Source: an uncultured Eubacteriales bacterium
GTDB lineage: Bacteria > Bacillota > Clostridia > Peptostreptococcales > Anaerovoracaceae
Direction: 5' to 3'
DNA: 64,000 nt
NCBI GenBank assembly: GCA_902776725.1
Contig: CACYQX010000002.1
Span: 34,400 to 98,399, forward strand
Numbering within the stretch: the first letter of the stretch is position 1; every line of letters begins with the position of its first letter. Positions 47,366 through 57,122 of this stretch are shown in pieces. A program made the position numbers and the translations under genes. A model generated the notes under the pieces. It saw only the letters and a list, made by a program, of their open reading frames with translations, did not search any database and was not told the origin of the DNA.

Positions 47366-48721
47366 TTAATAAGCGTTTATTCTATTTATCAACTCTTTTA
47401 TTTCTTCATTTAAAGAAGAATCTGTGGTTATTTCCGCATCTATCTTATCACAGGCGTGTTTTACTGTCGAATAATGCTTGTTTCCAAAAATACTTCCTAT
47501 ACGCGGTAATGAATAATTAGTCATTATTCTACATAAATACATAGCCACCTGTCTAGGGAATGCTATATTGCTTTTTCTGGTTTCAGAATCTAATTCTTCG
47601 AGCGAAATATTATAGTATTCACATACTGTGTTTTTAATTTTTTGTGGTGTTATATTTCCGCCGCCCTGAATTATATCCGTAAGATGACTTTTTACTAAAG
47701 CTAAATTAAGATCCTTCTTTAAAAGGATTGAAGCTGATACTACTGTTTCAAAAGCACCTTTAAGTAAACGGATGTTATCTGTTATTCTTTCGGCTATATA
47801 ATTTATTACTTCTGTTGTATCTTTGTTAAGCGGTATATTTAATTTTTCTGTTTCCTTTTGGAGTATCGCCACCCTTGTTTCATAATCCGGGAAAGTCAGT
47901 CCAGCAGTGGTTTTCATGAGAAAACGAGACTGCAATCTTTTATCAAGAGTAGTTAAATTGCTTGGCGGTCTGTCACCGGCAAGAATAATCTGTTTGTTAT
48001 TATTTAAAAGTGCGTTGAACGTATGAAAAAATTCTTCCTGGGTTTTTTCTTTTTCTTCCAAGAATTGAATATCGTCTACAAGAAGTACATCGGTTCCTCT
48101 GTATTTTTGTTTAAATTCATCTGTGTTTTTATTGCGCATAGCTTTCATAAAATCATTGGTGAAAGTTTCTGCGGTTACATAGAGAATTCTTATGTCGTCA
48201 TTGTTTTCCAGGAGATGAATTCCGACGGCGTTAAGAAGGTGGGTTTTTCCGAGTCCTGACCCTCCGTAGATGAATAAAGGATTGTATAAATTGAATGGTG
48301 ATTCCGAAATTGCACGACAAACAGCCTCGGCGTATTCATTGCATTCTCCGACAATAAAATTGTCAAAAGTAAGCGCCGGATCAAAGATTCTTTCCTGAAT
48401 AAAGTTTGGAATTACAAGAGGTTTAACAAAATCGGGGTTATCCTCGATAATTTGCGGTTTTTCCGCATATTCTGAGGCATTTTTGATGACAATTTTGTAT
48501 TCTTTCCCCGTTACAGACTTAAAACTCTCTGAAAGAATATCAAGATAACGCCTTTTTAAGACGTTTGTGATCATATCCTTAGGTGTTTCTATATAAGCGA
48601 TAGGTGGATTATCGTTTATTTCCCTTAATGATGCCGGTTTTATAAATGATTTCATGGTAGCTGAAGTCACTTTTTCCGCAACATCCTCTAATACCCGACC
48701 CCAAAGTTCCGTTTTGTTCAT
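47366..48721 (-). CDS. dnaA: chromosomal replication initiator DnaA
   Basis: YNPLFIYGGSGLGKTHL, LLVDDIQFL, QEEFFHTFN, PDYETR and PRQVAMYL motifs. Confidence 0.97.
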   Translation of the reverse strand: MNKTELWGRVLEDVAEKVTSATMKSFIKPASLREINDNPPIAYIETPKDMITNVLKRRYLDILSESFKSVTGKEYKIVIKNASEYAEKPQIIEDNPDFVKPLVIPNFIQERIFDPALTFDNFIVGECNEYAEAVCRAISESPFNLYNPLFIYGGSGLGKTHLLNAVGIHLLENNDDIRILYVTAETFTNDFMKAMRNKNTDEFKQKYRGTDVLLVDDIQFLEEKEKTQEEFFHTFNALLNNNKQIILAGDRPPSNLTTLDKRLQSRFLMKTTAGLTFPDYETRVAILQKETEKLNIPLNKDTTEVINYIAERITDNIRLLKGAFETVVSASILLKKDLNLALVKSHLTDIIQGGGNITPQKIKNTVCEYYNISLEELDSETRKSNIAFPRQVAMYLCRIMTNYSLPRIGSIFGNKHYSTVKHACDKIDAEITTDSSLNEEIKELINRINAY

Positions 48722-48754
48722 CCTAAAAACTGCTCCTTTGGTGTAGTGAGGACT

Positions 48755-48865
48755 ATTCTACCCAAAAACTTATCCTAAAGCAAGATGTAAATTTTGGTTG
48801 AAATTCGAGTTTTAGTAAGAGTTATCCACAGGTTGTGGATAACTTTATCCATATGTTGTGCATAG
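48755..48865. promoter_or_regulatory. dnaA promoter and upstream DnaA-box cluster (upstream half of oriC)
   Basis: TTGCTT-17-TAGAAT on the minus strand (48755-48783); boxes TTATCCACA 48822-48830, TGTGGATAA 48834-48842, TTATCCATA 48845-48853 and TGTGCATAG 48857-48865. Confidence 0.85.
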
Positions 48866-49006
48866 GTCATAGCACTACCACAAGCAGTAAGATTTTGGCC
48901 ATCCGAGAGGTAATTTTTGCCTTTAAAAAATTTTTTTCGCGCTCAAAACCTAAGGACAAAAAACCCTCAAATCGTGCATTTTTAGGGCTTTTGGCGAAAA
49001 CTGTGG

Positions 49007-49035
49007 TTGACAATATAATAAGGATAATATAGAAT
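49007..49035 (+). promoter_or_regulatory. sigma-A promoter of the rpmH operon
   Basis: TTGACA-17-TAGAAT. Confidence 0.8.
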
Positions 49036-49100
49036 TATTTGGTGCGCACTATTGAAACTTAGATAGTGCTGAGAGATTTTAAAATAGAGGAGGTAACGAC

Positions 49101-49235
49101 GTGAAACAAACATTTCAGCCTAAGAATAGGCAGAGAATGAAAGAGCACGGCTTCAGAAAGAGAATGAAGACTAAGTCCGGCAGAAACGTTCTCAAGAGAA
49201 GAAGAGCAAAAGGCAGAAAGAGACTGTCTGCTTAA
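49101..49235 (+). CDS. rpmH: 50S ribosomal protein L34
   Basis: Not in the ORF track. GTG start after GGAGGT gives [44 protein letters not shown]. Confidence 0.98.
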   Translation: MKQTFQPKNRQRMKEHGFRKRMKTKSGRNVLKRRRAKGRKRLSA

Positions 49236-49237
49236 GC

Positions 49238-49597
49238 ATGCTTAGAACCAATGTGCTCCGCAAGAAGGCGGATTTTGATGCTCTCTACAAAAAGGGTAAG
49301 TCGGCCGGCGATAGATATGTTGTGGTATTTGTTAGACCAAACGAAGTCGGACACGGACGAAAGGCTTTTCTCGCCAGCAAGAAGGTGGGAAACAGCGTTG
49401 AGAGAAACAGGGCCAGAAGGCTTATGAAAGAGGCCTTCAGAAACATCTTGAAAGATCCCAAAATCCTTAAAAACGTTGAAAATCTGGACGTTATAGTGAT
49501 CGCAAGGAGCACGATTAATGGAAAAAAGGAGTGCGATGTTGAGACTTCGCTCAAGTCTGCACTCATCAAAACCGGCACAATCGAAAAGAGAAGCTGA
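49238..49597 (+). CDS. rnpA: ribonuclease P protein component
   Basis: [15 protein letters not shown] (RNR motif); synteny with rpmH. Confidence 0.96.
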   Translation: MLRTNVLRKKADFDALYKKGKSAGDRYVVVFVRPNEVGHGRKAFLASKKVGNSVERNRARRLMKEAFRNILKDPKILKNVENLDVIVIARSTINGKKECDVETSLKSALIKTGTIEKRS

Positions 49598-49598
49598 T

Positions 49599-49829
49599 AT
49601 GAAATACATAAGCAAATTTTTCAGCGGGATAATGATTCTTTTGATCAGGTTTTATCAAAAAGTGATATCCCCCCTCTTTCCGGCAACATGTCGGTTCTAT
49701 CCGACCTGCTCCACCTACTTTATTCAGGCCCTCGAAAAGTATGGTGTCATCAAGGGCAGCTATTTGGGAATTAAACGCATTTTGAGATGTCACCCCGGAA
49801 ACCCCGGTGGCTATGACCCTCTAAAATAG
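49599..49829 (+). CDS. yidD: membrane protein insertion efficiency factor YidD
   Basis: YQKVISP...CRFYPTCS...RILRCHP...GGYDP; start ATG 49599. Confidence 0.95.
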   Translation: MKYISKFFSGIMILLIRFYQKVISPLFPATCRFYPTCSTYFIQALEKYGVIKGSYLGIKRILRCHPGNPGGYDPLK

Positions 49830-49855
49830 CGTAAGACGGTAAAGGAAAATACTAA

Positions 49856-50557
49856 ATGTTTAGCATTTTGGCTCAGCCATTTGGATGGATATTGCAGTTT
49901 CTTTATGGACTGCTCGGAAAGTATTGGCTTGCAATACTCATTTTTTCCGTTGTAGTTAGACTGGCACTTTATCCGGTGCACAAAAAGACAATAATGTCTA
50001 CGGTCGGCATGGCGGAAATAAGCAAAAAGTCTCAGGAAATACAGAAAAAATATGCCGGAGACCAGGAGATGATAAACAAGAAGACGCAGGAGCTCTATGC
50101 CGAGTCGGGATATAACCCGATGGGCGGATGCCTTCCGATGCTCATTCAGCTTGTTGTAATCTCCGGTCTTTTTATTCTTCTCAGAAATCCGATGAACTAT
50201 TATACGGACGAGAAGATGGTATTTGCTATCCACGAATCCTTCCTCTGGATCAAAGACCTTTGCCAGCCTGATCCATGGATTCTCCCGATACTCACAGGTA
50301 TCGCAACATTCTTTGCTATGAACATGTCCGGTTCCGCAGAGACCATGGCGGGAAACGCGCAGGGAAACAAAGGAATGAACATGATGAAGTACGTGATGCC
50401 CGTCATGCTCATGTGGCTTGCACACTCCTACCCTGCAGCACTTGCAATTTATTGGACCATCGGTCAGATCATCCTGATCTTCTTCAACCTGAGATTTAAG
50501 AAACTCAAAGAAGAACTCGCGGCAGGAAAAGCGACCACAAAGAGAAAGAAGAAATAG
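49856..50557 (+). CDS. yidC: membrane protein insertase YidC/Oxa1
   Basis: NPMGGCLPMLIQ, FLWIKDL..PDP and ALAIYW motifs. Confidence 0.93.
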   Translation: MFSILAQPFGWILQFLYGLLGKYWLAILIFSVVVRLALYPVHKKTIMSTVGMAEISKKSQEIQKKYAGDQEMINKKTQELYAESGYNPMGGCLPMLIQLVVISGLFILLRNPMNYYTDEKMVFAIHESFLWIKDLCQPDPWILPILTGIATFFAMNMSGSAETMAGNAQGNKGMNMMKYVMPVMLMWLAHSYPAALAIYWTIGQIILIFFNLRFKKLKEELAAGKATTKRKKK

Positions 50558-50589
50558 AAAATTGACGGCCTCGCCGTTGGAGGAAAATA

Positions 50590-51450
50590 ATGAATTCAAC
50601 AGAAAAATACGGAACCGACGTTGATACCGCCGTTCAGCTCGCGCTGGATGAGCTGGGAGTCGGTATTGATGATGTGGAAGTAGAGGTTCTCGACGAACCG
50701 ACAAAGGGCTTCCTCGGAACAGGACTCGGAAGAAAACTCGCATTCGTAAGAGTGACAAAGAAAGTGCCGGACGAACCGGAAGAAAAAGAAAAACCAAAGA
50801 ACAAAGCCGCTTCTACAAGAGCACAGAAATCGCAGAAGAATTCGCGCGGCGGAAGCCAAAAGAATTCGCAAGACAGACCAAAGAAGGAAAAAGTTGAGAA
50901 GCAGGCGCACGCAGAAAGTGATGCTGCGAGCGAAATCGATTTTGATGCGGAACTCGAAAAAATTGAACACGTAACTCCTGCAATCGATATCGAAAGCCTC
51001 CAGGATCTCGGAGAAAACGAAGGACTCACCTTCCTCCAGGATATTATCAAGGCTATGGGTATAGAAGTTTCAACCGTTGGCAAGACTGACGGAAAAGATA
51101 TCTATATGTTCATCGACGGAAAGGACAGCGGAACAATCATCGGTAAGCGCGGTGCGACGCTTGACGCAATCCAGTATCTCACAAGCCTCGTCGTCAATAA
51201 GAACGGTGGCGACTACAAGAGAGTTGTGGTGGACGCCGAGAACTATCGAGCAAAGAGAGAGAAGACTCTCGAGAAGCTCGCGATGAGAATGGCCGACAAA
51301 GTTGCGCGCTCCGGAAGAAGCTTTAAGCTCGAGCCGATGAATCCATACGAGAGAAAAGTTATACACGCAACTCTTCAGAAGGACAACCGAGTCGTTACGA
51401 GAAGCGAAGGACAGGATCCTGCGCGTCGCGTAGTAATAGACGTAAAATAA
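50590..51450 (+). CDS. jag: RNA-binding protein Jag/EloR (KhpB)
   Basis: Jag_N domain, KH motif IIGKRGATLDAIQYL and R3H motif MNPYERKVIH. Confidence 0.95.
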   Translation: MNSTEKYGTDVDTAVQLALDELGVGIDDVEVEVLDEPTKGFLGTGLGRKLAFVRVTKKVPDEPEEKEKPKNKAASTRAQKSQKNSRGGSQKNSQDRPKKEKVEKQAHAESDAASEIDFDAELEKIEHVTPAIDIESLQDLGENEGLTFLQDIIKAMGIEVSTVGKTDGKDIYMFIDGKDSGTIIGKRGATLDAIQYLTSLVVNKNGGDYKRVVVDAENYRAKREKTLEKLAMRMADKVARSGRSFKLEPMNPYERKVIHATLQKDNRVVTRSEGQDPARRVVIDVK

Positions 51451-51459
51451 TCAACGAGT

Positions 51460-51495
51460 ATATGCTGTTCTCGCAAAGGGGGCAGCATATGTTTT
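51460..51495 (+). terminator. intrinsic terminator after jag
   Basis: ATATGCTGTTCT...GGGGGCAGCATAT-GTTTT. Confidence 0.7.
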
Positions 51496-51531
51496 ATAAG
51501 AAAAAGTTTAAGAGATTATAGGAAACGTAAA

Positions 51532-52056
51532 GTGGAAAATAACACAAAGAAAATTACATTGTCGGCGCTCTTTCTTGCGATGGGTCTGCTTCTTCCGTTT
51601 CTAACGGGACAGATTCCGCAGATAGGAAAGATGTTATCGCCGATGCACATTCCGATTTTGCTCTGCGGATTTTATTGCGGATGGAAGCATGCGGGTGTAG
51701 TCGGATTTATTTGTCCGCTTATGAGATCGGTGCTCTTTGGAATGCCGGTGCTATTTCCTTCTGCGGTCGGAATGGCGTTTGAACTTATGACATACGGAAT
51801 ACTTTCCGGAATTCTTTCAAAGAAACTCGGAAAGGAAAAGCTTTGGAAGATATACGTTGCATTGATCATTGCGATGCTTGGCGGAAGAATCGTTTGGGGC
51901 ATTGCGCAGGTTGTTCTGCTTGGCTTAAGCGGATCTGCGTTTACCTTCCAAGCGTTTATCGCGGGCGCGTTTGTAAATGCGGTGCCCGGCATCATACTTC
52001 ATTTAATTCTTATTCCGATTATAGTTAAGTCGATAAAGGCGGAACAGTTAAATTAA
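51532..52056 (+). CDS. ECF transporter S component (substrate unknown)
   Basis: Hydrophobic 174-aa protein; SALFLA.GLLLP...PMHIP.LLCG...GMP...MAFEL..YG. Confidence 0.82.
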   Translation: MENNTKKITLSALFLAMGLLLPFLTGQIPQIGKMLSPMHIPILLCGFYCGWKHAGVVGFICPLMRSVLFGMPVLFPSAVGMAFELMTYGILSGILSKKLGKEKLWKIYVALIIAMLGGRIVWGIAQVVLLGLSGSAFTFQAFIAGAFVNAVPGIILHLILIPIIVKSIKAEQLN

Positions 52057-52066
52057 TTTGCGAGCG

Positions 52067-53530
52067 ATGAGAGAAGAAACGATTGCGGCAATCGCAACTC
52101 CCGCGGGAGAAGGCGGCATAGGAATAATAAGAATCAGCGGACCGGAAGCAAAGGACATTCTTTCGCGAATTTTTGTTGCGGGAAATCGCGGAGGGAATTG
52201 TGCAGACGCGGAGGCAAAGAGCGTAGGACGCTCGAGTGCAAAGGCTGCGTCCTTTGATATTAAACCGCGCGAGTTAACATACGGACATATAATTGACAAG
52301 AGTTCGGATGAAACCGTTGACGAAGTTATGGCTTGCTTTATGCCGGCACCTTCAACATATACGAGAGAAGACGTCGTTGAAATAAATTGTCACGGTGGAC
52401 GCATTCCTCTATCAAAAACTCTTTCGCTAATTTTGAGAGAAGGCGCGCGCATGGCGGAGCCCGGCGAGTTTACGAGAAGAGCATTTCTAAACGGAAGACT
52501 AGATCTATCTCAAGCGGAAGCTGTAATCGATGTTATAAACGCAAAGACCGATGCGTCTCTCGATGCGGCGATCGCTCAGCTCGAAGGAAAATTTTCTCTT
52601 GAGATATCCGGGATCAGAAACGCGCTTACGGATGTGCTTGTCGACGTCGCGGTAAATATAGATTATCCGGACGAGGACATAGAAGAACTCACATACAATA
52701 AGTTGATCGAGAGACTCAGTGAAGTTTCTTCGGATATAAAAAAGCTTCTTGCGAGCAGTAAGTCCGGAAAAATTTTGAGAGACGGATTCTCGGTTGTAAT
52801 AGTCGGAAAGCCCAACGTCGGAAAATCGTCTTTGATGAACGGACTCCTAAAGGAGTCTCGCGCGATTGTTACAGAGATTCCGGGAACGACAAGAGATACC
52901 ATAGAAGAGTTTGCAAATATAAGGGGAATTCCCGTTAGAATTACAGACACTGCAGGAATAAGGGAAACCGATGACCTCGTCGAGAAGATTGGAATAGAGC
53001 GAAGCAAGACGTCGCTCGAGGATGCCGACCTTGCACTTCTTCTTATTGACGGTTCCGAAGAAATAACCGCGGAGGATTTGGCGCTTAAAGAAATGATACC
53101 TGCGTCGCTTCCCGCAATCGCAATCTTCAACAAAGAAGACAAGGGCCTTTCCGTTTCCGAAGATGATATGAGAAACTTCTCAAATCCCCTTCCCTATATG
53201 GTAATTTCCCTAAAGGACGAAGAAGGAATACGTGAGGTGGAAGAAGCAATATTCCGAGCCTCGGGATATTCTGATGATGCCGCAGGGTTTAATCCCGAAT
53301 TAAAAACAAGGGGCGGCAGCATAGTTACAAATGTAAGGCATCAAACTATGCTTCAGGCTGCGGAGCAGTCGATAGACGATGCGATTAACGCGGCAAAAAA
53401 CAAATCGCCGCTGGAACTCATAGAGATAGATATTTCCTCTGCGTACGAAAACCTGGGATTCATAACAGGTGACTCAGTCAGAGAAGATGTAATAGATCAA
53501 GTCTTCAGTCGTTTTTGTCTTGGAAAATAG
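52067..53530 (+). CDS. mnmE: tRNA modification GTPase MnmE
   Basis: TIAAIATP.GEGGIGIIRISG, GKPNVGKSS, GTTRD, DTAG and FCLGK. Alternative start TTG 52058. Confidence 0.97.
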   Translation: MREETIAAIATPAGEGGIGIIRISGPEAKDILSRIFVAGNRGGNCADAEAKSVGRSSAKAASFDIKPRELTYGHIIDKSSDETVDEVMACFMPAPSTYTREDVVEINCHGGRIPLSKTLSLILREGARMAEPGEFTRRAFLNGRLDLSQAEAVIDVINAKTDASLDAAIAQLEGKFSLEISGIRNALTDVLVDVAVNIDYPDEDIEELTYNKLIERLSEVSSDIKKLLASSKSGKILRDGFSVVIVGKPNVGKSSLMNGLLKESRAIVTEIPGTTRDTIEEFANIRGIPVRITDTAGIRETDDLVEKIGIERSKTSLEDADLALLLIDGSEEITAEDLALKEMIPASLPAIAIFNKEDKGLSVSEDDMRNFSNPLPYMVISLKDEEGIREVEEAIFRASGYSDDAAGFNPELKTRGGSIVTNVRHQTMLQAAEQSIDDAINAAKNKSPLELIEIDISSAYENLGFITGDSVREDVIDQVFSRFCLGK

Positions 53531-53533
53531 CGA

Positions 53534-55408
53534 ATGAAAAATAGTTTTAGCGAAGAATTTGATATTGTTGTAATCGGAGGCGGGCACGCGGGCTGCGAGG
53601 CCGCGCTTGCTTCTGCGCGCCTTGGTTCCAAGACACTTATGCTCGTTACGGATATAGATTCCGTCGCTATGATGCCATGTAACCCTGCAATCGGAGGCAC
53701 GGGAAAAGGCCATCTCGTAAGAGAGATAGATGCGCTTGGAGGAGAGATGGGAATAAACATCGACAAGACTTTTATTCAAAGCCGCATGCTTAATACGGCA
53801 AAAGGTCCTGCGGTGCATTCTCTTAGAGCGCAGGCGGACAAGGCTTGGTACCACAGCGAAATGCTAAAGACGATTGAGTCGCAGGATGGCCTTACGCTTC
53901 GCGAAGAAGAAGCCGTCGATTTGATTATCGAAGATTCTCGCGTAGTCGGTGTTGTTACTACCGAAGCTTCTTACGCGACAAAGTCTGTCGTAATCGCGAC
54001 GGGAACTTTTCTTCGCGGAAAAATATTTATCGGCGAGAACGTAAAAGAGAGCGGACCCGCAGGAATGAAGCCGGCAAAGACGCTTGCCGAAAACCTAGAA
54101 AAATACGGGCTTCCGCTGCGCAGATTTAAAACGGGAACTCCGGCGAGAGCCATAGCTTCTACCTTTGATTATGAAAAGATGCAGGAGCAAAAAGGAGACA
54201 GCGAAATTGTCCCCTTCTCTTTTATGAACGAAAAACTCGAGCGCGACCAGATTTCATGTTGGCTGACTTATACCAACAGTCGCACGCACGAGATAATAAG
54301 AAATAATTTTCATCGGTCTGCGCTTTTCGGTGGACAGATCGAAGGAATCGGACCGAGGTATTGTCCGTCGATAGAAGACAAGGTAAATCGATTTGCGGAC
54401 AAAGAGCGTCACCAGCTTTTTATTGAGCCCGAAGGACTTTCGACGGATGAGATGTATATCCAGGGAATGAGCTCAAGCCTTCCCGAGGATGTGCAGCAGG
54501 ATTTTTATCACAGCATCGAAGGTTTGGAAAATATAGAGATAACAAAACCCGCTTACGCGATCGAATATGATTGCGTGGATCCGCTGTCGCTCGAGCCGAG
54601 TCTGGAGAGCAAAATAATAAAAGGTCTTTTTTGCGCCGGACAATTTAACGGAAGCTCGGGCTATGAAGAAGCGGCTGCACAGGGAATAATAGCCGGAATT
54701 AACGCAAATATGGGAATATGTGGTAAAAAACCGCTTGTCCTCGGAAGAAACGAGGCTTATATTGGCGTTCTAATCGACGATTTGGTCACCAAAGGTACCA
54801 ACGAGCCTTATAGAATAATGACCTCTAGAGCGGAATATAGGCTGCTTCTACGTCAAGACAACGCCGACGACCGTTTGACGGAGCGCGCATACGAGCTCGG
54901 GCTTGTTACGGAGGAGCGCTATCAACTATTCCTAAAAAAGCGTGAGGAAGTGACTAATGAGAGAGCTAGGCTCGAGGAGACGACGGTCAAGCCTATAGTC
55001 GCAAACCCCTTCCTAGCAAAGCTTGGAAGCGCTGAAGTTTCGGGAAGTATAGCGCTTTCGGAGCTTCTAAAAAGACCGGAGGTTACCTATGAAAACCTTG
55101 CGGAAATTGATCCCGATCGCCCTTCCCTGTCTCGCCATGCGCGTGCGCAGATTGCTGTTGAAATCAAGTACAGCGGTTATATCGAAAAGCAGAGGGATCA
55201 GGTCGGGAGGTTTAAGAAGCTCGAGGACAGAAAACTGCCGCAGGATTTGGACTATCTGAATATGAAGGGACTGAGAATAGAGGCCGCGCAGAAGCTCGAT
55301 GCGCAGAGACCGGAATCTCTCGGAAGAGCATCCAGAATCTCCGGCGTATCCCCTGCCGATATAAATGTATTGCTTGTACACCTCGAAAAAGAGAGACGAA
55401 AGAAGTGA
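53534..55408 (+). CDS. mnmG: tRNA uridine 5-carboxymethylaminomethyl modification enzyme MnmG
   Basis: [27 protein letters not shown] and GYEEAAAQG motifs. Confidence 0.98.
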   Translation: MKNSFSEEFDIVVIGGGHAGCEAALASARLGSKTLMLVTDIDSVAMMPCNPAIGGTGKGHLVREIDALGGEMGINIDKTFIQSRMLNTAKGPAVHSLRAQADKAWYHSEMLKTIESQDGLTLREEEAVDLIIEDSRVVGVVTTEASYATKSVVIATGTFLRGKIFIGENVKESGPAGMKPAKTLAENLEKYGLPLRRFKTGTPARAIASTFDYEKMQEQKGDSEIVPFSFMNEKLERDQISCWLTYTNSRTHEIIRNNFHRSALFGGQIEGIGPRYCPSIEDKVNRFADKERHQLFIEPEGLSTDEMYIQGMSSSLPEDVQQDFYHSIEGLENIEITKPAYAIEYDCVDPLSLEPSLESKIIKGLFCAGQFNGSSGYEEAAAQGIIAGINANMGICGKKPLVLGRNEAYIGVLIDDLVTKGTNEPYRIMTSRAEYRLLLRQDNADDRLTERAYELGLVTEERYQLFLKKREEVTNERARLEETTVKPIVANPFLAKLGSAEVSGSIALSELLKRPEVTYENLAEIDPDRPSLSRHARAQIAVEIKYSGYIEKQRDQVGRFKKLEDRKLPQDLDYLNMKGLRIEAAQKLDAQRPESLGRASRISGVSPADINVLLVHLEKERRKK

Positions 55409-55416
55409 GTTGAAAG

Positions 55417-56142
55417 ATGACGAATATCGTTGAAATGACAAGCTTAGACTATATTATGGACGCCTTTAAAAAAGCGGAAATCAACGCATCAAAGAAAGAA
55501 GCTGAGAAGCTCTCCGCCTATATGGATGGGGTTTTGTCCTGGAATGAAAAAGTAAATCTAACCGCCATAACCGACCCCGAGGAATTTGTTGAAAAGCATT
55601 ATGTGGATTCCCTCTCCGCCCTTGGTGTTGCGGAGTTTAAGGAAGCAAAGAAAATTCTTGATCTCGGTACCGGCGGAGGATTCCCGGGAATTCCCCTCGC
55701 GATAATGGCGGAAGACAAGGATTTCACATTATTAGATTCTCTCGCAAAGCGCCTAAAGATAATTGATGCGCTCGCGGAAGAAATCGGAATTGGGAACGCA
55801 AGAACGATTCACGGAAGATCAGAAGATCTCGGACAGAGCGAAGAATACAGGGAAAAATTCGATGTTGTCGTATCGCGTGCTGTCGCTGAGATGGCTGTTC
55901 TCGGCGAATACGCGCTGCCGTTTGTCAAGGTCGGTGGAGCACTGATCGCTTATAAAACCGGAGGAGAAAAGCTGGACCAAGAGATTGAATCGGCAAAAAA
56001 AGCCATCAAAACTCTCGGCGGAGAACTCTCCAGAATCAAAACCGGCACGGGAGATCACGTCATTGTCATCATTAAAAAGATAAAGAAAACCCCTGCCAAA
56101 TATCCGAGAAAAGCGGGAACTCCCAAGAAAAACCCTTTATAA
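55417..56142 (+). CDS. rsmG: 16S rRNA m7G527 methyltransferase
   Basis: WNEKVNLTAI, DLGTGGGFPGIP, SRAVA and YPRKAG.P.K.PL motifs. Confidence 0.96.
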   Translation: MTNIVEMTSLDYIMDAFKKAEINASKKEAEKLSAYMDGVLSWNEKVNLTAITDPEEFVEKHYVDSLSALGVAEFKEAKKILDLGTGGGFPGIPLAIMAEDKDFTLLDSLAKRLKIIDALAEEIGIGNARTIHGRSEDLGQSEEYREKFDVVVSRAVAEMAVLGEYALPFVKVGGALIAYKTGGEKLDQEIESAKKAIKTLGGELSRIKTGTGDHVIVIIKKIKKTPAKYPRKAGTPKKNPL

Positions 56143-56145
56143 AAA

Positions 56146-56270
56146 CGTTTCACGTGAAACATCCCGAAAGAGCGCAAATAAAAAATGCGCTCTTTTTATT
56201 TAAATGTTTCACGTGAAACATAATCTAAAGAGCAGAAAAAGAAATTTATTTAGTTGTTTCACGTGAAACA
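56146..56270. promoter_or_regulatory. three parS centromere sites
   Basis: CGTTTCACGTGAAACA 56146-56161, TGTTTCACGTGAAACA 56205-56220 and 56255-56270, upstream of parAB. A terminator hairpin (AAAGAGCGCA...TGCGCTCTTT) lies between sites 1 and 2. Confidence 0.95.
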
Positions 56271-56351
56271 TATAGGCAAGGGAAAAGTTTTGATGTATAA
56301 TACAAGAAGTGTTTTGTTCTAAATAATATCTATATATAAAAGGGAGGAAAT

Positions 56352-57122
56352 ATGGGAAAAGCAATAGCTATTTTCAACCAAAAAGGTGGTGTCGGCAAGA
56401 CAACCACCAATATCAATCTAGGCGCATGCCTCGCTATGAAGGGTAAAAAAGTCCTGATTTTGGATATCGACCCGCAGGGAAATACGACGAGCGGAATCGG
56501 AATCAAGAAGAAAACTTTGGACTATACGGTCTACGATCTTCTGATAGACGACAACTTTGACACAAGAAGCGCCATCATTCCGACGGCGATAGAGGGGCTC
56601 GATATAATTCCCGCAAGTGTTGATTTGGCAGGCGCAGAGATTGAACTCGTTCAGATAGACGGTAGGGAAAAGAGACTAAAGAACGCCATCGACAAGGTAA
56701 GAGACAGCTACGATTATATATTTATCGACTGCCCGCCTTCGCTCGGACTTTTGACCATCAATTCTCTTACGGCGGTAGAGAGCGTACTCATTCCGCTCCA
56801 GTGCGAATTCTATGCCCTCGAGGGTGTGAGCCAGCTCATGAATACGATCGAGCTCGTAAAGAGGGGTCTTAATCCGGGGCTCGAAATAGAAGGCGTTATC
56901 CTCAGCATGTTCGATGGAAGAACAAACCTATCGGCTCAGGTAGTCCAAGAGGTTAAGCGCTATTTCGGAGACAAGGTTTATTCGACGGTAATTCCGAGAA
57001 ACATTAGACTCGCGGAGGCGCCCGGCTACGGAATGGCAATTACGCAGTACGATCCAAAGTCCAAAGGTGCCGAGGCATATATTGAATTTGCCGACGAGTT
57101 CCTGGAAAGAGAAGGTGTATAA
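56352..57122 (+). CDS. parA: chromosome partitioning ATPase ParA/Soj
   Basis: NQKGGVGKTTT, DIDPQGN, DCPPSLG and QCEFYALEG motifs. Confidence 0.97.
   Translation: MGKAIAIFNQKGGVGKTTTNINLGACLAMKGKKVLILDIDPQGNTTSGIGIKKKTLDYTVYDLLIDDNFDTRSAIIPTAIEGLDIIPASVDLAGAEIELVQIDGREKRLKNAIDKVRDSYDYIFIDCPPSLGLLTINSLTAVESVLIPLQCEFYALEGVSQLMNTIELVKRGLNPGLEIEGVILSMFDGRTNLSAQVVQEVKRYFGDKVYSTVIPRNIRLAEAPGYGMAITQYDPKSKGAEAYIEFADEFLEREGV

Noticed and set aside
49811-50797. 328-aa minus-strand ORF over yidC/jag, and a 309-aa ORF over gdpP (58608-59537)
   Set aside because: Antisense to well-conserved genes, with no recognisable motifs.
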